This document shows positions 1 through 10,563 of a stretch of DNA of 64,000 nt, one piece after another. The notes under the pieces were generated by a model. That model was not told where the DNA came from. It searched no databases and saw only the letters and a list, made by a program, of their open reading frames with translations. This DNA comes from an uncultured Acidobacteriota bacterium (GTDB lineage Bacteria > Acidobacteriota > UBA6911): assembly GCA_963843575.1 (NCBI GenBank), contig CAWJKZ010000018.1, positions 97,195-161,194 on the forward strand, given 5' to 3'. The position numbers and the translations under genes are program-made. Position 1 is the first letter of the stretch, and the number at the start of each line of letters is the position of its first letter.

Positions 1-903
1 GCTGATCTGGATGTATGCAGAGCGTTTGCCCCTGATGGTCACCGACGGGTTGGACACCTGGACCGAGGCTTTGAAGATCGGCTCCAGGAATTCCCTGCGC
101 CCGATTAGCGTCTGTCTGAAGCAGACGGCGGTACGGTGCGCCGACAACGCCTCCTTGATGGCTTCGAGACTCTTGTCGGCGGCGAATACCAGGGTGAAGG
201 GCCTCCACGCCCCCGGTCCCGCCTCCCATCTCTGGGCGATGGGGTCGTGCATGTCGGAGTTGCTCATGAGAGTGAGGTTCTTCTCCAGGCACCAGCGGTA
301 GACCTCGGGATAGTAATCCTGGTCGTTGACCACTTCGATGCCTTGCAGCAGGCCCTTTTCGAGCAGTTCCGTCTGTTCCGGATACCAGCGAGCGACGCCG
401 TCCGGCTGCTGGCCCGTCCAACCCGGGTGATTCCAGAAGATGAAGGCGCCCTGATCCGATGCCGCCTTGAGGGCTTCCCGCCAATCCTCGACATCGAGGG
501 GCTTGCTCGCCTTGAGAAAGAGCGCGTTGAGGTGTCCCGGGGGCATTTTGCGCGTCACCTCGGAACCCTTGATGACCAGGATGCCCAGGTCGTCACCGAG
601 GCCTTTCGCAATTTCGTACGACCTGTCGTGGTTGGCGGGGAGATCGTCTTTGTGCGGTTGATACTCGATATGGTCCGTGATGGCGATGACGTCGAGCCCT
701 TCCCGCCACGCCTCCTCTGCCCGGGTGTCGGGCCAGACGCTCCCGTCGGAAAAGACGGTGTGAATGTGGAAGTCGCACTTGAGGGTTTTATAGCCCGGAA
801 TGTCGGGAATCCGGATCGGGCTCCGGGCCCGTGTGACTTGTCCTTGTGTTATGCCCAACGCGCACATCATCGCCGCAGCGAGCAGGAGCGTCTGTTTCGG
901 CAT
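1..903 (-). CDS. PHP-domain phosphoesterase (Sb-PDE-like), exported; 3' end runs off the window
   Basis: Not in the ORF track; translated by hand from ATG at 903 with AAGGAG RBS: MPKQTLLLAAAMMCALG...KTLKCDFHIHTVFSDGSVWP...AITDHIEY (PHP HxH and TDH motifs, signal peptide). Confidence 0.85.
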   Translation of the reverse strand, partial: MPKQTLLLAAAMMCALGITQGQVTRARSPIRIPDIPGYKTLKCDFHIHTVFSDGSVWPDTRAEEAWREGLDVIAITDHIEYQPHKDDLPANHDRSYEIAKGLGDDLGILVIKGSEVTRKMPPGHLNALFLKASKPLDVEDWREALKAASDQGAFIFWNHPGWTGQQPDGVARWYPEQTELLEKGLLQGIEVVNDQDYYPEVYRWCLEKNLTLMSNSDMHDPIAQRWEAGPGAWRPFTLVFAADKSLEAIKEALSAHRTAVCFRQTLIGRREFLEPIFKASVQVSNPSVTIRGKRSAYIQIS

Positions 904-999
904 TGGCTCTTTCTCCTTGAATTGGGGGCACCAAAATAGCACAGCGAGGACTTGGGGACTACCGCTCGCCTCAGTCCTTCGAGCTTCGCGGTAGGTTCT

Positions 1000-3507
1000 T
1001 CAACGGGCGGCGGGGCTGAGGCAGCTGCGGATCGTGGAGACGAGGGTTGAGATGGCGGCGGCCTTGCTCACGAACGCGACGGCTCCGGCGTCGCGCATGG
1101 CCTCCAGCAGATCGGGCTCGTCGGAGATGGAGAGGCCGATGACCTTGGTGGCCGGCAGTTCCCTCATGACCTGGACCGTGGCGGCAATGCCGTTGAGTCG
1201 CGGCATGTTGATGTCCATGAGGACCACATCGGGTTTCAGCCGGCGGGCCATTTCGAGCGCCGCCTGGCCGTCCGCGGCCTCCCCGACGGTCTCCATGTCG
1301 TCGTGTTCCTGTAGCAGGCTGCGCAGCCCTTCGCGAATGAGCATGTGGTCATCGGCGAGCAGGACGCGAATTTTTGCCCTGGCGGCCGGGGCCGGCACGC
1401 CGCCGGTCACCGGTGCCACCCGCGGTTGTACGGGTGTCCTGGCCGGCGAGTCCATCGGTGCCCACAAGGTGACGCGGCTGCCGCGCCCCGGTTTGCTCTC
1501 GATCTCCATGCGCCCGCCGAAAAGGTCAAGCCGGCCGCGGATGCTGAAGAGCCCGAACCCCGCCTGTGCGCTCCCCTCGCCAAGGCAGGCTTCCGGGTCG
1601 AACCCGACGCCGGCGTCGCTGACCACGACCCGGACCTGGTTGTCTCCCGACCTCGACAGGTGGACCTCGGCCGTCCTGACCGCGCCGTGTTTGACGATGT
1701 TGAACAGGAGTTCGCGCGCGGCCTGGAACAGGAGCACGCGGAGGTCCTCGTTGTCGGGGTCCGCCTCGCGGCTGGCGTGGACGGAGACGGTAAGGCCGTG
1801 TTTGGAACCGATCCAGCGGCCGAGCCACTCGAGGGCGCGCGCCAGCCCGAGGTCATACAGCACCGGCGGGCTCAGTTCGAATGTGAGGGAGCGTGCGACG
1901 CTGATGCTCTCCTTGAGCAGCTCTTCCATCTGGTCGACGGTGGCGCTCGCCGGCGGTTCGGTCTGCTTCCTGATGGTGTCTGCGCACAGCTTGGCGGCGA
2001 CCAGAAGTTGCTGGAGCTCGTCGTGGATTGCCTGGGCCAGGCGCCTCCGCTCGCGTTCCTCGGTGTGAGTCAATTCGGCGGCGAGCAGGCGCAGCTCAGC
2101 GCTGCGCTGCTCCAGCTCCTTCTGGGCGCGGTCGCGTTCCGCGCGGGTGCGCAGGGCGGTGAGGCCGAAGGCCAGGTCGTCGGAAAGGTCACGGAGCACG
2201 ACCAGCTGCCGGTCGTCGAAGGCGTCCGGTTCCGAAGCGTAGATCGTCAGGTTGCCGAAGACCCGTCCGTTGGCGCACAGCGGCAGGGCGACCGTGGAGC
2301 GGAACCCGCAGCGCAACGCCTCGCCGCGCCAAGGCAGGAGCTGCTCGTCGCTCAAGAAGTCTCGGCCGATGCACGGCTGACCGGTGCGTATGGCCTTTCC
2401 CGTGGGACCGGCCCCGAACGGGTCGTCTCCCCAGCCAATCCGCACCAGGGACAGGAAACCGTCCTCGTGGCCGGCGTGGCACACGGGCCGCACGGTCTTC
2501 GCCGGGTCGTCTTCGGCGAGCCCGACCCAGGCCATGCGGTAACCTCCCCTGTCCACGATGATGCGGCAGATGTCCGCCAGCAGATCCGTTTCGCGGGTGG
2601 CGCGTGCGATGGCCTCGTTGCAGTCGGTGATGATTTCGAGGGTTTGATTGACGCGCCTGAGGTCGGCCGTCCGCTCCTGTACCATGCGCTCCAGGTCGTC
2701 GCGCATGTCCTCCAGCTTCTGCTCCGCCTGTTTGCGCAGGGTCACATCGACGATGCCGCCGACGAGGCGAACCGCGCGTCCCTCGCGGTCCAGCACCACC
2801 GACCCGTTGTCCTCGACATGGAGGAAGTTCCCGTCGCGGTGGCGTATCCGGTATTGAACCGAATAGCGCTCCAGGTGGGCGAGGCCCCGGCGCACTCCCT
2901 CTGTGACGGGCAGATCTTCCGGGTGTACCTGATCGAACCACCAGGCCATCGTCTGGTCGCGCTCCTCGGGTTCGTAGCCGAGCAGCCGCGAGAGGCCCTG
3001 CACCGACAGGGCGCGCCCCGCGACCAGGTCCACGTCGTAGACGAGGGCGTGGGCAGCCTCGGAGGCGAGGCGAAACCGCGTCTCGCTCTCGCGCAGCGCC
3101 GCCTCGGTGCAGCTGCGTTCGACGGCGTAACGGATGGCGCGCGCGATCTGACGCGCGTCACTCTCCCCCTTGACCAGATAGTCCTGCACGCCGCGGCGCA
3201 CGGCCTCCAGCGCGAGCACCTCGTCCTCGAGGCCGGTGAGGACCACCAGCGGGATGAGCGGTGCTCCCGTGCGCACGGCGAGGAACGTGTCGAGGCCCGT
3301 ACTGTCGGGCAGCGAGAGGTCGAGCAGCACGACGTCGAACTGCACGGCGCCCAGCCGCTCGAGCGCCTCGTCCAGGCGTTCGACGCGAGTGACCTCGAAC
3401 CGTTCGGCGGCCAGGGTGGCCAGTTGTTCCTGCAGCAAGAGCGCATCGGAGAGACTGTCCTCGACCAGCAACACCTTGATGGGCGGTCTCGTCAACACAC
3501 ACCTCAC
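1000..3507 (-). CDS. Hybrid sensor histidine kinase (REC-PAS-GAF-HisKA_3-HATPase-REC)
   Basis: N- and C-terminal receiver domains, [16 protein letters not shown]-box, DAGVGF G-box; GTGA overlap with upstream regulator. Confidence 0.93.
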   Translation of the reverse strand: MRCVLTRPPIKVLLVEDSLSDALLLQEQLATLAAERFEVTRVERLDEALERLGAVQFDVVLLDLSLPDSTGLDTFLAVRTGAPLIPLVVLTGLEDEVLALEAVRRGVQDYLVKGESDARQIARAIRYAVERSCTEAALRESETRFRLASEAAHALVYDVDLVAGRALSVQGLSRLLGYEPEERDQTMAWWFDQVHPEDLPVTEGVRRGLAHLERYSVQYRIRHRDGNFLHVEDNGSVVLDREGRAVRLVGGIVDVTLRKQAEQKLEDMRDDLERMVQERTADLRRVNQTLEIITDCNEAIARATRETDLLADICRIIVDRGGYRMAWVGLAEDDPAKTVRPVCHAGHEDGFLSLVRIGWGDDPFGAGPTGKAIRTGQPCIGRDFLSDEQLLPWRGEALRCGFRSTVALPLCANGRVFGNLTIYASEPDAFDDRQLVVLRDLSDDLAFGLTALRTRAERDRAQKELEQRSAELRLLAAELTHTEERERRRLAQAIHDELQQLLVAAKLCADTIRKQTEPPASATVDQMEELLKESISVARSLTFELSPPVLYDLGLARALEWLGRWIGSKHGLTVSVHASREADPDNEDLRVLLFQAARELLFNIVKHGAVRTAEVHLSRSGDNQVRVVVSDAGVGFDPEACLGEGSAQAGFGLFSIRGRLDLFGGRMEIESKPGRGSRVTLWAPMDSPARTPVQPRVAPVTGGVPAPAARAKIRVLLADDHMLIREGLRSLLQEHDDMETVGEAADGQAALEMARRLKPDVVLMDINMPRLNGIAATVQVMRELPATKVIGLSISDEPDLLEAMRDAGAVAFVSKAAAISTLVSTIRSCLSPAAR

Positions 3508-3959
3508 CTTGACATATCGGGAGGGAGCGTAACCACCTGCAGCCAGAAGTGCTCGATGGACCGGACGATTTCCAGGAACTTGCTGAATTCCACGGGTTTG
3601 GTGATGTAGCAGTTGGCCTGCAACTCGTAGGCGCGCGAGACGTCCTGTTCGGCCTTGGAAGTGGTCAGCACCACCACGGGGATTGAGCGGAGTGCGGCGT
3701 CCGACTTGAGCTCTTCCAGGACCTCCCGACCATCCCGGCGGGGCAGGTTGAGATCGAGCAGGATCAAATCCGGCCTGTGCGCGTCGGCGAACTCGTTCCG
3801 CCGCCGCAGGAACTCGAGCGCCTGCACCCCGTCCTCGACCACGGTCAGGCGGTTGCTGCCCTTGGCCTCACTGAGCGCCTCGAACGTCAGATCGGCGTCA
3901 CTGGGGCTGTCCTCGACCAGAAGGATCTCGACAGGCCTGAGACGATTCGACAATGTCAT
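3504..3959 (-). CDS. Single-domain response regulator, Rcp1/BphR-like
   Basis: C-terminal part of ORF 3504..5804 from ATG 3959: [11 protein letters not shown]...[11 protein letters not shown]...ANCYITKPV...HFWL; ATGA overlap with kinase. Confidence 0.92.
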   Translation of the reverse strand: MTLSNRLRPVEILLVEDSPSDADLTFEALSEAKGSNRLTVVEDGVQALEFLRRRNEFADAHRPDLILLDLNLPRRDGREVLEELKSDAALRSIPVVVLTTSKAEQDVSRAYELQANCYITKPVEFSKFLEIVRSIEHFWLQVVTLPPDMSR

Positions 3960-6900
3960 GAACGATCTTCCGTCTGGGGAATGGTGAAGTGAAAGGTCGA
4001 GCCCTCGCCGGGTTTGGACTCGACCCAGATTGTGCCGTCGTGGCGTTCGACGATGCGTTTGCAGATGGCGAGGCCGATGCCGGTGCCGGGGTACTTGCGG
4101 CGCGTGTGCAGCCTCTGGAAGAGCAGGAAAATCCGTTCGCTGTATTGCGGATCGATGCCGATGCCGTTGTCGCGGACGGAAAAAACCCACTGGTCCGCGC
4201 GCCTTTCGGCCTGCACCTCGATCTCGGGGTCGCGGGTGCTGCGGAATTTGATCGCATTGCCGATCAGGTTCTGAAACAGTTGTGCGATCTGGGTTGCGTC
4301 GACCCGGAGGGTGGGCAGGAGCTTCCAGGTAATCTTGGCGCCCGACTCCCGGATGCTGACCTCCAGGTTGGACAGCGCGTTGGCCAAAGCCGCCGTCATG
4401 TCGGCCGGTTCGAAATCCTTCCCCCTGGTCCCCACGCGCGAGAACGCCAGCAGATCGGTGATGAGCGTCTGCATGCGCGCGGCCCCGTCGGAGGCGGCTG
4501 CTATGAACTGGACGGCCTTGTCGTCCAGCTTGTCGCGATAGCGATGCTCCAGCAGCTCCACGTAGCCGGCCACGGCCCGCAACGGTTCCTGAAGATCGTG
4601 CGAGGCAGCGGAGGCGAACTGCTCCAGGTCGCGGTTGGAGCGGGCGAGCTCCTCGGCGGTGCGCCGCAGGGTCTGCTCGGCACGGTTGCGTTCCGCGATC
4701 TCCAGCTGGAGCCGCGTGTTGGTCTGCTGCAGCTCGGTGGTCCGCTGCTGTACCAGCTCCTCCAGGCGGCCCCGATACCGGGCCACCTCGGCCTCGGCGC
4801 GCTTGGCTTCGGTGATGTCCGTGCAGGCGCCGATCCACTCCCGGATGACCCCCGCGCTTTCGAATACCGGGACCCCGTGCACTGCAAAGTGCCGGTATTC
4901 CCCGTCGCTTCGGCGCACTCGGTACTCGGTCTCGTAGGGCACCTGGCTGTCGACGGACAGCGCCCACCTCTCCATGGTGGATTCCTGGTCGTCCGGGTGC
5001 AAGGCCTGCACCCAGCCCCACCCGAGGGCCTGTTCGAGGGCCTGCCCGGTAAATGCCCGCCAAGTCGGGATATCCGCAACGACCTCTCCCCGCGCGTCCG
5101 TGGTCCAGATCATCTGCGCCGAGGCGGTGACGAGCGACCGGTAGCGCGCTTCGCTGCTCTGCAGAATGCGCTGGATGGCGTTTCTCTCGGTGACATCGCG
5201 CGCCGCCGCGAACACCCCCTGGACCTCGCCCGCCTCGTTGCGATAGACCGTGGCGTTGTAGAGCACGTCGGTGCAGCACCCGGAAACACTCCGGATCGTG
5301 AGCGGATAGTCCGTTACCTGCCCCTCGGCGATCACCCTGCGGAAACCTGCCTCGGCTCTCTCGGGTTCGGTGAAATACTCGGAGAAGTTGCTCCCGATCA
5401 GCCGTTCGCGCGGCAGACCGGTCACCAGTTCCGTGGCCCGGTTGACGTCGGTGATCGTGCCGTTCTGGCTGATGGTGACGAGCGGGTCCAGGCTGGCTTC
5501 GATCAACGAGCGGGCATACTGCGAGGCTGCGCGGGCTTCCATCTCCGCACGCTTCGCCTTGGTCACCTCCACCAGCGAGAACAACAGGAAATCGATTTCC
5601 CCCCTCCCGTCGTGGACGGGGACCAGGGCCCAGTCCCAGAACGTGATCCCCAACTCCGGGTGATCGGGGAACACGAACGGTTTTGCCGAGGTCATGAAGG
5701 GCTTCCCGGTCCGCATGACCTCTTCGAAGATGGCCTGATTCTCGGGATTGGGAAAATACTCGAAGTGGTTGTGGCCGGGGAATTCCGAGACGTCGCGCAG
5801 GCACCCTCGCGCATACGCCTCATTGACGCGGATGAAATCGAAGTTGCGGTCGAGGATGACAAGCGGGGTGAGGCTGTGCTGGAAGAGTGCTTCCAGGGAG
5901 CGCGCCTGTTCGACGACCGCCTCCTGCGACTTCACGCGCTCCAGGATTTCCCCCTGGAGCGCCTTGTTGGCAGCCTGCAGTTCCGCCGTGCGGTCGGCAA
6001 CCCTCCGTTCCAGCTGCTCGTTTGCGGTGCGCAACGCGTCTTCGGAGCGCTTCAGTTCGGTGAGGTCATAAATCGTGACCACCGCGACGACGGTCTGCCC
6101 CTCCTTGTTGGTCACGGGGGTGGCGCTGAAGCTCCCGATGAATGTCCTGCCGGTATCGCGGCGGGTCACGCGGATGAGCGTGTTGACGACGTGCTCGCCC
6201 CGCCGCGCCCGCGCCATGGGCCAGTCCTTCTTGGGAATCGGCTTGCCGTCGGGCTCGGTGGTTTCAAAGATCTGGGGGGCCCTGGCCAGCAGGGTCTTCA
6301 GTTCCTCCGCCGATCCCACGCCGTAGAGATCGAGCGCGGCCAGGTTCGCGCTGAGAATGTTTCCGCCGGGATCGCCGATCACCAGCCCCTGGCTGATGCT
6401 GTTGACGACGGCCTCGAGCTGTTTCAGGTTGAGGTCCGCCTCGAGAAGCAGCCGTTCGCGCTCCTGCTCGGCGCGCCTGCGCTCGGTGACGTCGACGAAC
6501 AGGGCGGCGAACTGGCGGGGCGCCGGGCTGTAGGCAAACACCTCGAACACGTGCCCGAGGGCGCCGCTGCTGAACTCGAAGTGCGCGGGCTGGCGTGTCA
6601 GGGCCACGTTCCCGTATGTCTGAATCCAGAACGGCTCGATATCGGGGATGACCTGGCGCACGGTCTTGCCGATGACGTCGTCGGGTTTCAGGCCGGTTAG
6701 GCGCTCGAAGGCCGGGTTGACCTCGAGGAAGCGGTAGTCGATCGGCTCGCCGCGGTCGTCGCACATGATTTCATGCAGGGCAAACCCCTCGCTCATGGCG
6801 TTGAACAGGGCGCGGTAGCGACCCTCCGTCTCGCGCTGCAGTTCCCTGGCCTGCCGGTGGTTGTGGCTTTCGAGGAGCTGCCATCCCGCCTCGCTCTTGA

Positions 6901-7495
6901 GCAGGACGAACTGGTGGTTGCGCACGACGTCGAGGATCTCGGCGGCACCGCACCGTGCCAGGGCGTAGGAGCAGAGCGCGATCATGCGGTAATTCCCGAT
7001 GACGGCGTTGATGGCTTCCTCGTAGTCCGTGAAACTCTTCCAGTCCTTTCTTTCGAGCCACACGGTGTTTCCGGTGAGCCGCAGTCCCGCGAATCCCCTG
7101 GCCCGGGCGTCGTCGAGCTTGGCAATCCAGCCGTTGAGGACGCGGTTGAGGTCGAACACTCCGTCTTTGAGGTACCACTCGGAGTGGGTCAGGATTTCGA
7201 TCTGGCCTTTTTCCACGTAGTCGTCGAATCGGGGAACCGCGCGGCGCAACGCCGCCTCGGCCTCGCTCGCGCTGAAATTGGGCGCCGTGATCCACATGCA
7301 GTACTCGTTGCCCTCGAGGCCGGCTTTGAAGTAGGGCACCAGCATGTCGGCCAGGTCCTGCGAGTTCTCGTAGAAGTGGCAGAAATGTGTACCCCATCGG
7401 GCGTCCCCGATCGCCTCTATGCCAGTCCTTCTCATGTCGGATTCGGGCGTTATCTTACGCGGGGCCCGTGCTGCGGCGGGAGAATGCGGGTGCAT
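3956..7495 (-). CDS. Sensor histidine kinase, MEDS + multiple PAS + Cph1-like HisKA/HATPase
   Basis: [14 protein letters not shown] motif, about five PAS domains, [10 protein letters not shown]-box, FQRLH...[12 protein letters not shown]; start ATG 7495 with GAGGT RBS. Confidence 0.9.
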   Translation of the reverse strand: MHPHSPAAARAPRKITPESDMRRTGIEAIGDARWGTHFCHFYENSQDLADMLVPYFKAGLEGNEYCMWITAPNFSASEAEAALRRAVPRFDDYVEKGQIEILTHSEWYLKDGVFDLNRVLNGWIAKLDDARARGFAGLRLTGNTVWLERKDWKSFTDYEEAINAVIGNYRMIALCSYALARCGAAEILDVVRNHQFVLLKSEAGWQLLESHNHRQARELQRETEGRYRALFNAMSEGFALHEIMCDDRGEPIDYRFLEVNPAFERLTGLKPDDVIGKTVRQVIPDIEPFWIQTYGNVALTRQPAHFEFSSGALGHVFEVFAYSPAPRQFAALFVDVTERRRAEQERERLLLEADLNLKQLEAVVNSISQGLVIGDPGGNILSANLAALDLYGVGSAEELKTLLARAPQIFETTEPDGKPIPKKDWPMARARRGEHVVNTLIRVTRRDTGRTFIGSFSATPVTNKEGQTVVAVVTIYDLTELKRSEDALRTANEQLERRVADRTAELQAANKALQGEILERVKSQEAVVEQARSLEALFQHSLTPLVILDRNFDFIRVNEAYARGCLRDVSEFPGHNHFEYFPNPENQAIFEEVMRTGKPFMTSAKPFVFPDHPELGITFWDWALVPVHDGRGEIDFLLFSLVEVTKAKRAEMEARAASQYARSLIEASLDPLVTISQNGTITDVNRATELVTGLPRERLIGSNFSEYFTEPERAEAGFRRVIAEGQVTDYPLTIRSVSGCCTDVLYNATVYRNEAGEVQGVFAAARDVTERNAIQRILQSSEARYRSLVTASAQMIWTTDARGEVVADIPTWRAFTGQALEQALGWGWVQALHPDDQESTMERWALSVDSQVPYETEYRVRRSDGEYRHFAVHGVPVFESAGVIREWIGACTDITEAKRAEAEVARYRGRLEELVQQRTTELQQTNTRLQLEIAERNRAEQTLRRTAEELARSNRDLEQFASAASHDLQEPLRAVAGYVELLEHRYRDKLDDKAVQFIAAASDGAARMQTLITDLLAFSRVGTRGKDFEPADMTAALANALSNLEVSIRESGAKITWKLLPTLRVDATQIAQLFQNLIGNAIKFRSTRDPEIEVQAERRADQWVFSVRDNGIGIDPQYSERIFLLFQRLHTRRKYPGTGIGLAICKRIVERHDGTIWVESKPGEGSTFHFTIPQTEDRS

Positions 7496-7688
7496 CGTGT
7501 TTAATACCTCGTCGAGAAACGAGACTCGAGCCGGCAGGACGGCTCCCGTCGCGCCGGCGGCGAATTCTGTAGTGGTCAGGCAGGGATTATATGGAAACGC
7601 TCGCCGCCGGAGTACATAAAATCCGCCCGAGTGAATCGGGTCGGGTGAAGTGCGGGGCTTGGGCGCCGCCGCTGGCGCTCCCCGCCGC

Positions 7689-7772
7689 CTTCGAGATTCT
7701 TCGAGTCCTTTCAGCCTGGAAGTCAGTCCAACGCGCACCTCGAAGACTGGAAGATCTCGAAGAATCTCAAAG
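7689..7772. repeat. REP-like inverted repeat, family A (CTTCGAGATTCTTCGAG / CTCGAAGAATCTCAAAG)
   Basis: 17-bp arms with 1 mismatch and ~9-bp internal periodicity; related copy at 46613-46669. Confidence 0.75.
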
Positions 7773-7793
7773 ATGGAGGCTGGGGGCCGCCCT

Positions 7794-8892
7794 TCAGTTG
7801 CCGACCATCGAGGCGCCGAAGAAGCTCAACACGTCGCCGATCGGGTTTGCCACGGCCAGGGAACTGCTGCCCGCAAAGAGGAGTCCGATGGGTTTCGGGT
7901 TGGCGGACACGTCCTGGACGAGCAGCGAGCCGGAGTCGCCGCTGTTGAGGAACGCGCTCCCCTTGTTGCCGACGATGATCTGGCCCGTGAACGTCTTGGT
8001 GAAGGCGGCGCCGCCGGCGCACTCGTTGTCGTAGGCGACGGTGACGGTGGCGTTGAGCCCGCTGACTTGGCCGCGGGTGAGGCCGGTCGTGCGGCCGCTC
8101 TTTTTGACCTTCTGTTTCATGGATGCCGTGGCCGTCTGTGCCGAGACCGTGCCGATTTCGAGGATCGCTCCGTCGGGCCTCACCATCCCGGGGACGACCC
8201 GGGCCATCGAGGCGTCGATGTTGGCGCCGGGCAGAGCCCAGCTCTGGACGAGCGTGCCGACGGTGCATGGTGCCGACCGAGCCGCAGGCGGCATCGATCA
8301 GGCCGGGCTGGATGATCGGGTCGCCGGTCGCGGCGGTGCGGCTGTTGCCGCCCGCCACGATGTCGGCCTCGAAGACGTGGTAGTTGCTCAGCAGGTGAGG
8401 ACTCCCGCCGATCGAAACCAGGGCCCCGATGGTGCCTCCGCAGCAATAGCCGTTGGCCCGATCGTAGGCCCATCCACCGGAGGTCCCCAGCTGGATCGGG
8501 GCAGCCTGGGCGGCCGTGTGCGGCGTTCCGGCGCTCCGGACGGACTTGCCCATCATGGAACGGAACGGTTCGGTGAACTGCAGCGAGACGCGGGTCCCGG
8601 CGATGCCGGCCGGGAGGTTCCGCGCGGTCTTGTCCGGGTTTTTCCCCTGCGCGTTGACGAAGACGAGGATCGTGATTTCCCCGTCGTCGTCCTGGCCCAC
8701 GGCCGTCCCGAGTACGTCTCCGTAGCGCATCAGGGCCGGCGTGGCCGCCTCTTGCACCTCGAGGACCCGGCGGACCTTCGGGTGCTTCGGGGTCAGCTCG
8801 CCGTCGGGATCCTGGGCGGCGACGGCCAGGGTGACAAGGGCAAGTGCAAAAGCGAAAAGCGCGGCTGAAACTCGTTTGAGAAGGGTGCTCAT
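7794..8892 (-). CDS. Secreted Nal1-like trypsin-family serine protease, split by a 1-nt frameshift near 8265
   Basis: Signal peptide, GTIGA, LSNYHV (His), NIDA (Asp), KSGRTTGLT, GDSGS (Ser), GLLFAG; the two halves are in ORFs 7723..9117 and 7794..8294; 1099 nt = 3n+1. Confidence 0.85.
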
Positions 8893-9141
8893 GTTCTCTC
8901 CGGTTCGTGATCGAGGAACGGCCCTGGTGGAGGTGGAACCCGCAGTGCGGATTGGACCTCCACCCGGTGATCGACCGCAGCGGCCAGCCGTGCAGGCGGT
9001 CAACGGACGCCAGCTCGACTGGGTTGAACGTGCGGTCACCGCCGGCACGTTGGCGGGGGATCGAGTTGACCACCCCGGTGCAGCGTGAAGGTAATTTACC
9101 GGTGCGGGCGCAGTCAATTCGCGGGAATACTCATTTCAGGC

Positions 9142-9157
9142 TGCGTAGATTTACCCA
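9142..9157 (-). promoter_or_regulatory. Putative NarL-family operator TGGGTA-N4-TACGCA
   Basis: Imperfect palindrome matching the sites at 9718 and 13454; upstream of the protease gene. Confidence 0.45.
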
Positions 9158-9202
9158 ATTGCCCGTGGCGACAGCTGCGCGGCCTGCAAGGGCACTTCGG
9201 CG

Positions 9203-9658
9203 TCAGTGGCTGGAACTGTTCGGCGGACAGTTGCCGCGGGGGCCGGCGGCTGGACTGCGGAAATACTTCGACACGTAATTGCGGCCGGCCAGCACGTCGG
9301 AGATGGCGGGGAGAAGCTCGAGGTCGATGACGTCCTTGAGGACGTAACCCTCGGCGCCGGCCGAAATCGCCTCCTGGAGATATTCCCGTTCCTTGTGTAT
9401 CGACAGGATCAGGATCTTCACTTCCGGGTGCTGCGCTTTTATCCTGCGCGCAACCTCCATCCCGTGGACTTTCGGCATGGTGATGTCGAGGATCACCAGG
9501 TCCGGACTCGCGCGGTCGTCTTCCATCATCTGAAGCAGCGCCAGCCCATCGGCGACTTCCCCGACCACGTCGAGGTCCTGTTCCGCGGCGACCAGCTTTC
9601 TAACGTACTCCCGGATCATCGGGTGGTCGTCGGCCAGTACCAGACGGAGCGCGCACAT
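9203..9658 (-). CDS. NarL-type receiver domain lacking the LuxR HTH
   Basis: LADDHPMIR...LDITMP...AGAEGYVLK; ends after the receiver domain; similar to the regulators at 9916 and 24477. Confidence 0.85.
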   Translation of the reverse strand: MCALRLVLADDHPMIREYVRKLVAAEQDLDVVGEVADGLALLQMMEDDRASPDLVILDITMPKVHGMEVARRIKAQHPEVKILILSIHKEREYLQEAISAGAEGYVLKDVIDLELLPAISDVLAGRNYVSKYFRSPAAGPRGNCPPNSSSH

Positions 9659-9717
9659 GGGGTCATTATCGGGCGAAGGGGTGGCGGAGGGAAGTTGTGA
9701 AAGTACCCAATTAGCAA

Positions 9718-9733
9718 TGGGTATTAATACTCA
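9718..9733 (+). promoter_or_regulatory. Putative NarL-family operator TGGGTA-TTAA-TACTCA
   Basis: AT-rich near-palindrome ~60 bp upstream of the 9658 start; extra TACCCA half-site at 9704-9709. Confidence 0.5.
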
Positions 9734-9753
9734 CTGCTCGGGTGGGCCGCTTG

Positions 9754-9909
9754 TGGAGTGCGGCGGCTCGACGCCGCTTTGGTGGCGGCGCCTTGGCGCC
9801 ACCAAAGGCCGAGGTCGCAGTCGCATCTCGCAATTCGGGCGTGGCGCCGAGGCGCCGAGCATTCCTGCCGTAGGACGAGTGGAAAGCGGCGCCGAGGCGC
9901 CGCACTCCA
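9754..9909. repeat. REP-like doublet, family B (TGGAGTGCGGC...GCCGCTTT and its reverse complement)
   Basis: Inverted copies at 9754-9780 and 9883-9909 with inner palindromes; single copy at 51183-51210. Confidence 0.8.
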
Positions 9910-9915
9910 GATTCG

Positions 9916-10563
9916 TCAGATGAAGCCCTTCTTGATGGCGTACTTGACAAGGTCGGCGGTCTTGTTGACCTGCAGCTTCGCCATGGCGTTGGCGCGGTGT
10001 CGCTCGACGGTCCTGGAGCTGATGAAGAGGATTTTCCCGATCTCTTTGCTGGATTTCCCCTCCGCGATGAGTTTGAGCACCTCCCGCTCGCGCAGGGAAA
10101 GGGGTTCGGTGGTGAGGGCGGGGCGCTTGCCGCGGCGCATCTGGGCCCAGTCGTTGCGCGACTCGTCCGCAAGGAACCGGGATATGTAGATCTTGCCCTC
10201 CAGAATCATATCGATGGCCAGGAAGAGGTCTCTTTCGGCGTCTTCCTTCAAGAGATACCCGTCGGCCCCGGCCGAGATTGCCTCGTTCAGGTAGTCCTGG
10301 TCCTTGTGCATGGTCAGGATGAGGATCTTGGCGGCCGGGCGCATCCGCTTGATTTCGGGGATGGCCTCGATGCCGCGCAGGTGCGGCATCGAGATGTCCA
10401 GCAGCACCAGATCCGGGTCGGCGGTGCGCAGCAATTCGAGCAGTTCGGGGCCGTTGCCCGCCTCGCCCGCGATCTCGAGGTCTGACCGTTCGGAGAGGAT
10501 CTTTTGCAGTCCCTGCCGCAGCAGCAGGTGGTCGTCGGCGAGCACGATCCGGTGTCTGGTCAT
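9916..10563 (-). CDS. NarL/NreC-family response regulator (REC + LuxR HTH)
   Basis: LADDH, LDISMP, LSLREREVLKLIAEGKSSKEIG...RTVERHR. Confidence 0.95.
   Translation of the reverse strand: MTRHRIVLADDHLLLRQGLQKILSERSDLEIAGEAGNGPELLELLRTADPDLVLLDISMPHLRGIEAIPEIKRMRPAAKILILTMHKDQDYLNEAISAGADGYLLKEDAERDLFLAIDMILEGKIYISRFLADESRNDWAQMRRGKRPALTTEPLSLREREVLKLIAEGKSSKEIGKILFISSRTVERHRANAMAKLQVNKTADLVKYAIKKGFI

Noticed and set aside
3960-5804. Long N-terminal part of ORF 3504..5804
   Set aside because: Alternative frame of the kinase gene; the regulator starts at 3959
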